A stretch of 64,000 nt of DNA from a virus (Duplodnaviria; Heunggongvirae; Uroviricota; Caudoviricetes). The position numbers were made by a program, and so were the translations under genes. Positions 56,615 through 64,000 of this stretch are shown here, in pieces. Where the stretch lies: positions 82,380-146,379 of the IMG/VR virus record IMGVR_UViG_3300000944_000006, one strand, 5' to 3'. Within the stretch, counting starts at the first letter, position 1. Every line of letters begins with the position of its first letter. Below the pieces are notes generated by a model. The model did not search any database. It saw only the letters and a program-made list of their open reading frames with translations, and was not told where the DNA came from.

Positions 56615-57097
56615 TTAATCCCCCTTAAACATTTTAACTTTTTTCAAAACTTTGAACTGTTTGACAGACGTTCCCATCATACTTAATATAACCCGACTTA
56701 TATTAAAATTCATGCTTTTTTTATCTGGTGCTTTTGCACTTTTGGTTATTTTTCGTCCAGTGCTTTTAAAAAGTTTTTTTCCGTCAGACGTTATTTGTCC
56801 ATCGTCTGTTAACTTTTTTCCAGAAACTTTATCGGCAAGCTTTAGAAGTTCTTTGGCAATTCCGTTACGACGAATTTCATCCGTTACATATACAATACCG
56901 ATTTCATTATTTTCATAAGAAACAAATCCAAGCGGGAAAGCATTCCCATTCCCATCATCAACAAAAGCAAAAATAAAATTCATTTTACTTCCACGAATTT
57001 TAGTAGAACCATATTGAAGATATTGTCGAATATTGGCTGTTTTATTCACTTCGTCTAATTTTTCTAGTAATAAGTTATGTTTTTGTTTTGGTGTCAT
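56615..57097 (-). CDS. GNAT acetyltransferase
   Basis: IVYVTDEIRRNGIAKELL acetyl-CoA-binding motif. Confidence 0.8.
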   Translation of the reverse strand: MTPKQKHNLLLEKLDEVNKTANIRQYLQYGSTKIRGSKMNFIFAFVDDGNGNAFPLGFVSYENNEIGIVYVTDEIRRNGIAKELLKLADKVSGKKLTDDGQITSDGKKLFKSTGRKITKSAKAPDKKSMNFNISRVILSMMGTSVKQFKVLKKVKMFKGD

Positions 57098-57122
57098 GTA
57101 TTATTCTCTGTGTTTTTATTAT

Positions 57123-57130
57123 TATTTATA
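57123..57130 (-). promoter_or_regulatory. Late promoter (leadered)
   Basis: TATAAATA 25 nt upstream of the GNAT ATG. Confidence 0.65.
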
Positions 57131-57183
57131 TAATTGATAGAAGCGCGAACAATATAAAAAAGCCTTTAAAAACAAAGACTTGC

Positions 57184-57960
57184 CTACCCAATAAAAAACC
57201 TGCTTGGCGGAGACCACCGATTATCTATATCTTCTTTTACACGTTCAATTTCAGCTTGTCCATCTGCCTTTATAGCTTCGCCATTTAAAGTTATTCCTGA
57301 AGGAAGCGTGACGTTACCGTATTTAGAAAGGTTCATGCCCCATTGATATTGTATCATTGCTGTAGCAAGTTCTATAAGAGCATAATCAGACCACATATTA
57401 GGACATGTTATAGGGTCAATTTTTCTATAAACTTCAATACATAGCTTGTCTTCTGGCTGTAGACCGTCACGATTCATCCATTCGCCAAGGATATATAATT
57501 TACCTTTATATCGTGTAAATTCTTCACGCGGCCAAGCATTGAATATTCTTTTAATTTCATTGTGATATTGTTTTGCTAGATAGAAAGATGTTAGTGTACC
57601 TTCGGTAGACCCATTTACAAGCGTGTCATAAAGGTCAAGACGATATTGAAATGTCACCAAAGAGTTGCCACCAAAACCAAAATCACGGCATGTCGGTATA
57701 ACACGCCCAATACCTATGATATCATCAGTAAGTTCTAAATATCCTCTATCACAATCTTCTTGCGTGATGTCTTTGATGTAATATTCTAATTCTGTGCCGT
57801 CCGTGTGGTTATGATGCCACCAATCAAGAGCAAGATTAATTTGATTTTCTACCTGTGTAGTTGAAACGTTTATGTTGATAACAGGAGAGCCTAAGTTTTC
57901 AAGACATAGTTTTTTGAATTCAGACCTAGATTTAGGAAGTCCAGAAATATTATTCGTCAT
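57184..57960 (-). CDS. gp13: Neck protein
   Basis: LGSPVININV, HHNHTDG, QWGMNLSKY..LPSGITLNG. Confidence 0.95.
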   Translation of the reverse strand: MTNNISGLPKSRSEFKKLCLENLGSPVININVSTTQVENQINLALDWWHHNHTDGTELEYYIKDITQEDCDRGYLELTDDIIGIGRVIPTCRDFGFGGNSLVTFQYRLDLYDTLVNGSTEGTLTSFYLAKQYHNEIKRIFNAWPREEFTRYKGKLYILGEWMNRDGLQPEDKLCIEVYRKIDPITCPNMWSDYALIELATAMIQYQWGMNLSKYGNVTLPSGITLNGEAIKADGQAEIERVKEDIDNRWSPPSRFFIG

Positions 57961-58138
57961 TTTTAATTCCTTTTTCTAATATTTCCAATATTCTGTCCAT
58001 TTTATTTTCTAGTGTCATGACACGTTTTTCAAAAGATTGTCTTCTCTTAAATTTTTCATAGGCTTGGTTGTCTGTCATGACTAAGCCTTTGGAACGTGTA
58101 TCGCGTATAACACTTTTTTTATCTGTTTCTACATACAT
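57950..58138 (-). CDS. Small conserved T4-like protein
   Basis: IRDTRSKGLV...YEKFK followed by a coiled coil; usual position upstream of gp13. Confidence 0.65.
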   Translation of the reverse strand: MYVETDKKSVIRDTRSKGLVMTDNQAYEKFKRRQSFEKRVMTLENKMDRILEILEKGIKNDE

Positions 58139-58139
58139 A

Positions 58140-61100
58140 TTAAGGGGCCGTTGATATTGCTCTTAAATCTTTGACACGCGGAACAACAGCTTTGTTAGAA
58201 CTTGTCATAACGACTTTGATAGAGAATGTTTTATATGTATCAAAGTCAACACCATTATCGTCAGTGTAAGTGATTTCATTCGTAGGCGGTACAAACGCAA
58301 ATTCTTTATAGTCATTTTGACCTGTCGAGAATGTAGCAGCATCTGTTTCTTGTTCCATAAGAACGTAAGGTCTTTGGTCAAAGTCAGTGTTGTCTTCGGC
58401 AGATAGAACGCGATAATAAACGCGAATATCAGTAACGTCTGGTTTATATGCCGTTAAGAACACGCGCAAGTAATTACCGTCAAGATTTTCAGACAGTGTG
58501 ACACGCCGCGTTATATATTTTGCTGTCGCCTGTCCATTATTTGAAAGTTCTTCATCCACAAAAGTAGAATTAATAACATTATCTACAATAATAGAATATT
58601 GACGTGTCAAATCTATTAATGGCGCAACGTGCGAAGATACTGTAGAAAGTGTTCCGTCAACTTGATAGGATTCGTTGTCACCAACAATAATTTTTCTTGG
58701 CGTGTTGAAAATAGTATTTTTATTATTTTCAATGATTTCAAAATCCGTCATTGAATTATCAAGATTTGTTGTCTTAAGACGCCAATCAACATTTGTACCA
58801 GAAAAGTCAAGGAATTCTGAAACAAATTTAGTCAAGCAAAACTCTCTATCATTTGCTACGTTTGATGCAGCATAACGGATATAGCTATTTGTAGACGTAT
58901 TAAAATCACATCTGTAAAGAGTCATTTTAAGGTCTTCTTCTTGTATAGGTGTCCATGTACGAGCATTTTGTGACTTGAATAAAGACCCTAGATGCGGCTG
59001 TGCTGAAATTCTATTGCCTGTGATAAAGTCTGGTTGTCCTAATTCAGATACAAATACTTCATATTCTTGCGAATCCGCAAGAACAACTAAAGAATATTCT
59101 GCATTAGGTGCAAGATAAATTGGAACAGGCCATGTAAATGTTGTAGCAGCAGACCCATCATTCGAAAGAACTGTATCAGAAGGATTTTTAAATATAACTG
59201 ACATAGGAACAATTTTAGACGAACTAGGGAAACCATTAATTACAGGACGTATTTCAAGACGTATTGGAACGTTAGATGTAGATTTTGTTTTAAAGAATAA
59301 ATCTACTTTTGAAATAAACATGCCGTTAGGGAATGTTCTGCCATTAATAAAGAACGTCTGTGCTAATGGGTCTGTATCGTCATCGTCGTTATCATCTTCT
59401 TCTTCATCTTGGAAAAACATAGGTGCAGGTTGTGGCACAGGAAGTGGTGCAGGTGGTTGAACAGTTTCTGAAATCGTTCTTTCTTCACGAACAACTTCTT
59501 GTGTAACTTCCAACGTGCGTGTTGATATAATTGTGTCTTCAACTGTTTGGACAAGACCTGAAGCTTGGTAACGTGCTGTTGCGTATGTAGTAGCAGCACT
59601 TTTAGAATTATTCGGGTCATCAATAAGAGTAAGTTCACGTTCACCTACACGAAATACACCTTCTGGTATAGTGAAAACACCAGACACTTCTCCCATAGAA
59701 TTTGTAACAAGCGGAAGTCCTTGGCGTCTAACTAGACCCTGAACATTATCGTCTAAAGAATCTGGAACGCCATTAGGTGCGGCAAAGATAAATTCATTAA
59801 CATTAACACCATCAAAAAATACATTTAATTCGCGGTTAGGGCGTAAACCATTCGCTGTAAATCGTATATTTCTCCCGCGCATGAAAGGAACAATAGAAAC
59901 GTCTACTATACGCGTACCGATATTTTCTGTAATTGTGTTTGGTGAAAATGTAGTACGTGTGCCTGTGCGTGTTTGTATCCCCGTCTGTTCTATTTGGGTT
60001 ACTGTACGTGGAACTTGCGTAACTGTTTGTGTAGAAGGAAGTGTAATTGACTGTGTTGCTGATGATGCAAGCTGCGGTGCTTGAAAAAATTCTCCTCTTA
60101 TGAAGAATTCATTTCCGAAAATATTAGGCAATTCAGTTGTAGCAATTGCAGAAGAAAAATCTACAATTTCTGGTTCTGTAAATAGTTGTCCTCTATTTGG
60201 CGATGTAAATGTTACAATAGACGTTTCATTTGTTTGAACTTGTCCAACCGTTTCTGTAGGTGTGAAAGTTGTTACTTCTGTTTCTTCAACACCTGTCCAA
60301 GTTGTTTCCCAATCATTCCAAGTTGTGCCAAAACCAAAAGCATCTTCTGTATTGGCAGATTGTTGTATAAATTGTATAGCATCATTGTTACCTTCAAGAT
60401 TAACAACGACATCTGGACGTGCTGTTTGTGAAATCCAATGGTCGATTGCAGGATTTGTATTAGCATTACCAATATATTTAACCACAAGATAAGGATTAAC
60501 ATTTTCAATTTTAGATGCTTTGGTTTGTGAGAAATATACAACGTCTGTGTATGGTATTGTTGCAAATTGTCCTGTCGAACCATTACCAACAATTGTTATA
60601 TCATTGTCTTCAACAACAGACATTTCAATTGTTCTTGATACAAATGGCGCTCGCATAAATTGATTTTGTGTGTCAATAGAACATCTATAATCAGCATTGC
60701 CGACATCACCTATACCATGACCTGTAAATGAATCTACGATGATGCCATTTTTAAATCTTGTGATACCTTCATTATCAGAAACTTCGGTTGCAATAGTATC
60801 TTTTTCTAGTAAAGATAGTGTTGTATAATATTCAAGATTTTCAATACGTTTTTCTAACGCCCCAATTTGGCGCATAGTGTAACGCTTATTTTCATGATAC
60901 CGAACACGTATGTCAGAAGGATTGTTTGTAAATGGCGGTATAGTCAATGTGTATAACGTCATTGCGTTGTCTAAATCTTTTGGTGAAACTGGATTTAAAG
61001 AAGGAACACCTTGTATAATTTGGAATTGTCTATCGCGCGTAAGGATAACTTTGTCGATACGTGATAGATAAAATTCATAATCTGATGTCAAGAAGTTAAC

Positions 61101-63770
61101 ACCAATATTAGCAGGTACGATAATCCCGCCTGCATATACATCCATCACGATAGGTGCATCCGTGTCATCTTCGCGGCGTGGTCTAAAGTCTATAGAATCG
61201 CGAAGTCTAAATGACTGTCCAGACGCAGGCGATGTGAAAGAAGGTATAAGATTATATGGTATATCGCCATACGAATCTACAGAAAAGAAACCTGTGCCAG
61301 AATGTTCGAAATAATCAAAGCTTACTGTCAATGGGTACTCTGTTGTTGATACAGATTGACCATTACGAAGAACAAGTCTTGCGTGGTCGTAAAAATCATC
61401 TTTTTGGCCATTATCAAAAGTAAATCTATTTGTGATATTATCACCAGAAGAATTTCTCACGCTTCGTAGGCGATATCCGTCTGATTTTTTAAGGAAGAAA
61501 GACCGTGTTGATAAATCAAAATTAGCTGCTGTTCCATTATCTATGACGCGCTCAAAGTTTTCTATAAGTGTTTTATTAACTTGTGTTGCTGTATTAACAC
61601 GAACTGTTGCAAGTATTTTTACAGGCCCGCTAAATCCTGTTAAGTCTAGTGTCACTGTTTGTGGCGAACTGCCAAAGTTAAACGTTGGTGTTATAATATT
61701 ACCTGTAGTTGTGTCTACAACTAGGAAGTGTAATTGATTATTACCAGAAACAAATTGTCTGCCTGCGCCTGCATTAATAGTAAGTGTGCCATTATTAAAT
61801 GTACCATTAAAAGCAAGGCGTGTGTTATATGTAATGTCAGAAACACCACTAGGGGCAAGTGTTCTAATGAATTGCTGATTAATTGGAAATATAAGGCTAT
61901 TTAGATGACTGTCTTGCAGATTTGTTCTGTCGTTTGTAATACTACGTGCTGAAATATCGCATCTAGCAGAATTAGCTAAATCAGTTTCTGCATATATAGA
62001 GCGAACATTAGAAAAATTTTCGCCAAAGTTCATTTGAATGTTAAACAAATAAAATCTATATTCATCAACAACGCCGTCACTTACGATTTGTCTTAGATTA
62101 GCTGTACCTATGATATTAGAAGCATTTGGTGAAGATGTTGTTGTGTCGTTTAAAAGATGTACGACTTCAAATGTGTCTGTAGCGAACCATCCGTTTAAAT
62201 TATTAACTGTGACGTAGTTACCAAACGATGTACCTACGCCAAAGTTTTGAACAGTTTCGGTGTTACGCGCACGTTCACCAACAACCGTTGATTTTGAAAT
62301 AGTTTCAAATTCGTATCCCTGAACATATGCCTTACCTGCATCCAAACAAACATCAATTTGACTGTCTGTGTTGCTGTCGATAAGTTGGAACATCCATTCT
62401 TTTTGCGAAGCGATATTTGTACCAATAGAACTGTCGCCTAACCACACATATGCCGTGTCAGTGTCTTCGCGCGTAAATTGGTCTAGTCTTATACGGATAG
62501 AACTATCTGCATCAATATCATTTTGTAATGTTATAACAATATTGCGAATGTCTTCTGTGGAAACAGCATTGCAAAATACCATTCCGTTAGTTGACCATAT
62601 TGCACTATCATCTTGGTATGCAATATCCCTAAAATCTATATCGCCCGTATTTTGTGTCGTAGCAATATTCGCACTGTCTGAAGCAACACCAGTAACAACA
62701 TTTCCTGCAATTTCTAGCTGTAACTTGACAGATTGTTCAAAATTATTATTAATAGATTCGCTACCACGTCTATATTGAAGTGTAAGTTCATTGGAACCAC
62801 TTTTAAAAATAGAAACGTTATCTTGTCCTACGCCATAACTATTTGCCGTTAGGTCATTTATTTTTGCATGTCCTACGATAGAAATTTTAAATGGACGAAC
62901 TGTATAATTACCACTTTCGTCAAATGTTCTACGAGCAAGATTATCTTCAATATCTGAATATATATCTACACGTTCGTCATTGACAAATTGATTATCTTGT
63001 GTGCGGCGTAATTCAATAAAGTTTTCTGGAAGACTTGTTTCATCTTCAAAAACAGATAGTGTTAGTGTTTGTCTAAAGCGATGTGCGCCGTCTTGACCAA
63101 AGTTTTCATGACCGTTAGCAGGGTCTAGTAAATCAGAATCTTCTAGGAAAGTAACAATATCGTCGGATACTACCATGCCTGTTATGAAAGTCGTAGAATT
63201 AGATGGTGTGCGTGAAACTATTACACGTTGCGTTTCGAAATAAATGAAGTAACCGTTATAGAACATATACCCTTCATTTATTGTAATGAGCGTACCACGA
63301 TTTTGAAAATTTAATGTGTCAAGAGTACATGAAATATCAACAACACTATCCGTCTCATGTACATATATTTCAAGGTCTTCACCTTCTTCGAAAAGGTCGT
63401 TTCCGTCGATAATTTTAACAAATAAATGTGGATTTGAAAGTTCTGTGTCAACAACTACAACACGTCCGCGCGTAAGACTATTAACGCCCTGTACAATATC
63501 GCCTGTATTGAGTACAGAAACATCACTACTAGATGTAAGTCTAAGAACTGTAATATTAGTGTCTAAAAAGCTTTCACCACCTTGAACAATAGCCCCAGAT
63601 TCAAATAAGTGACTTCCTTGTACAGAAATTTGATTTTGAAGCGTAGACTGAAGCTGTGATAATTCAGATGCTTGTAAATTCTTTGAAGGATTGAAAAGAA
63701 GTTTTAGATAATTCTTTGTCGAGTCAAAATTATCATAATATGGGGTTACATTGTGTGGATTTTCTAACAT
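58140..63770 (-). CDS. Large virion structural protein (DUF4815-like, baseplate/tail region)
   Basis: NVTPYYDNFD...LQASELSQLQSTLQNQ, LARRTFDESGNY, RFKNGIIVDSF; 1876 aa, beta-rich. Confidence 0.85.
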   Translation of the reverse strand: MLENPHNVTPYYDNFDSTKNYLKLLFNPSKNLQASELSQLQSTLQNQISVQGSHLFESGAIVQGGESFLDTNITVLRLTSSSDVSVLNTGDIVQGVNSLTRGRVVVVDTELSNPHLFVKIIDGNDLFEEGEDLEIYVHETDSVVDISCTLDTLNFQNRGTLITINEGYMFYNGYFIYFETQRVIVSRTPSNSTTFITGMVVSDDIVTFLEDSDLLDPANGHENFGQDGAHRFRQTLTLSVFEDETSLPENFIELRRTQDNQFVNDERVDIYSDIEDNLARRTFDESGNYTVRPFKISIVGHAKINDLTANSYGVGQDNVSIFKSGSNELTLQYRRGSESINNNFEQSVKLQLEIAGNVVTGVASDSANIATTQNTGDIDFRDIAYQDDSAIWSTNGMVFCNAVSTEDIRNIVITLQNDIDADSSIRIRLDQFTREDTDTAYVWLGDSSIGTNIASQKEWMFQLIDSNTDSQIDVCLDAGKAYVQGYEFETISKSTVVGERARNTETVQNFGVGTSFGNYVTVNNLNGWFATDTFEVVHLLNDTTTSSPNASNIIGTANLRQIVSDGVVDEYRFYLFNIQMNFGENFSNVRSIYAETDLANSARCDISARSITNDRTNLQDSHLNSLIFPINQQFIRTLAPSGVSDITYNTRLAFNGTFNNGTLTINAGAGRQFVSGNNQLHFLVVDTTTGNIITPTFNFGSSPQTVTLDLTGFSGPVKILATVRVNTATQVNKTLIENFERVIDNGTAANFDLSTRSFFLKKSDGYRLRSVRNSSGDNITNRFTFDNGQKDDFYDHARLVLRNGQSVSTTEYPLTVSFDYFEHSGTGFFSVDSYGDIPYNLIPSFTSPASGQSFRLRDSIDFRPRREDDTDAPIVMDVYAGGIIVPANIGVNFLTSDYEFYLSRIDKVILTRDRQFQIIQGVPSLNPVSPKDLDNAMTLYTLTIPPFTNNPSDIRVRYHENKRYTMRQIGALEKRIENLEYYTTLSLLEKDTIATEVSDNEGITRFKNGIIVDSFTGHGIGDVGNADYRCSIDTQNQFMRAPFVSRTIEMSVVEDNDITIVGNGSTGQFATIPYTDVVYFSQTKASKIENVNPYLVVKYIGNANTNPAIDHWISQTARPDVVVNLEGNNDAIQFIQQSANTEDAFGFGTTWNDWETTWTGVEETEVTTFTPTETVGQVQTNETSIVTFTSPNRGQLFTEPEIVDFSSAIATTELPNIFGNEFFIRGEFFQAPQLASSATQSITLPSTQTVTQVPRTVTQIEQTGIQTRTGTRTTFSPNTITENIGTRIVDVSIVPFMRGRNIRFTANGLRPNRELNVFFDGVNVNEFIFAAPNGVPDSLDDNVQGLVRRQGLPLVTNSMGEVSGVFTIPEGVFRVGERELTLIDDPNNSKSAATTYATARYQASGLVQTVEDTIISTRTLEVTQEVVREERTISETVQPPAPLPVPQPAPMFFQDEEEDDNDDDDTDPLAQTFFINGRTFPNGMFISKVDLFFKTKSTSNVPIRLEIRPVINGFPSSSKIVPMSVIFKNPSDTVLSNDGSAATTFTWPVPIYLAPNAEYSLVVLADSQEYEVFVSELGQPDFITGNRISAQPHLGSLFKSQNARTWTPIQEEDLKMTLYRCDFNTSTNSYIRYAASNVANDREFCLTKFVSEFLDFSGTNVDWRLKTTNLDNSMTDFEIIENNKNTIFNTPRKIIVGDNESYQVDGTLSTVSSHVAPLIDLTRQYSIIVDNVINSTFVDEELSNNGQATAKYITRRVTLSENLDGNYLRVFLTAYKPDVTDIRVYYRVLSAEDNTDFDQRPYVLMEQETDAATFSTGQNDYKEFAFVPPTNEITYTDDNGVDFDTYKTFSIKVVMTSSNKAVVPRVKDLRAISTAP

Positions 63771-63775
63771 ATTTT

Positions 63776-63783
63776 TATTTATA
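63776..63783 (-). promoter_or_regulatory. Late promoter, leaderless configuration
   Basis: TATAAATA-AAAAT-ATG(63770). Confidence 0.75.
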
Positions 63784-64000
63784 ACCCAACTATATTATTT
63801 GTGTCTTCATTTCTAAGAAAAAATTGTGTTCCGATAGGATGTAAGAGAAATTTAAGATAAGAAGAAAAGTTTTCATCAGACGTTATTTTCTCAAATGTTT
63901 CGTTAGATACAGACAATTGGTACGAATGGTCTTGGAAGTATTCACCATCAAAGATAAATTTATTTCCTGATAATGTACCGTTGCTAGTTGATAGCGTGAA
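63779..64000 (-). CDS. 3' end of a probable baseplate wedge protein (partial)
   Basis: Manual translation DGEYFQDHSYQL...LLHPIGTQFF resembles the YYQxxSY...HPxG C-terminal motif. Confidence 0.55.
   Translation of the reverse strand, partial: FTLSTSNGTLSGNKFIFDGEYFQDHSYQLSVSNETFEKITSDENFSSYLKFLLHPIGTQFFLRNEDTNNIVGL

Noticed and set aside
1-64000. Stop-codon reassignment
   Set aside because: Core genes are full length in the standard code, and TAA, TAG and TGA all terminate genes.
1-64000. CRISPR array, tRNA or rRNA genes
   Set aside because: No regularly spaced repeat-spacer units or cloverleaf motifs seen by eye; tRNAscan and CRISPR finders were not run.

Overview
AT-rich segment of a large T4-like myophage genome, read in the standard genetic code. 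Core genes lie on the minus strand. Replication and repair module (about 10.9-33.6 kb): gp41, uvsX, split gp43A/gp43B, regA, gp62/44/45, gp46/47, gp55, uvsW, uvsY. Head, neck, tail and packaging module (about 33.7-64 kb): gp3, 23, 22, 21, 20, 19, 18, 17, 16, 15, 14, 13 and a 1876-aa structural protein. Accessory islands are interleaved, often on the plus strand. Strongest findings: (1) gp46 is fractured inside its Walker A motif by an atypically split intein (32-aa IntN, about 123-aa IntC), with a free-standing GIY-YIG-type endonuclease gene between the halves. (2) Eight exact late promoters read TATAAATA-N5-ATG, predicting leaderless mRNAs, while the most abundant virion genes keep SD-led leaders. 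(3) About 20 small 'YKYKxxG...TLYF...IDRI' paralogues, possibly OB-fold, are inserted throughout the core genes, including between the polymerase halves. Also notable: a probable ATA start for uvsW, phased 11-bp repeats upstream of uvsY, a candidate late-transcribed rod-shaped ncRNA, a detached copy of the gp47 C-terminus, a stand-alone ClpX-type zinc domain, a degenerate terminase ATPase, twin methyltransferases, a ppGpp-hydrolase-like HD protein and a lipoprotein serine protease. All family calls are from motif recognition by eye; no database search was run.
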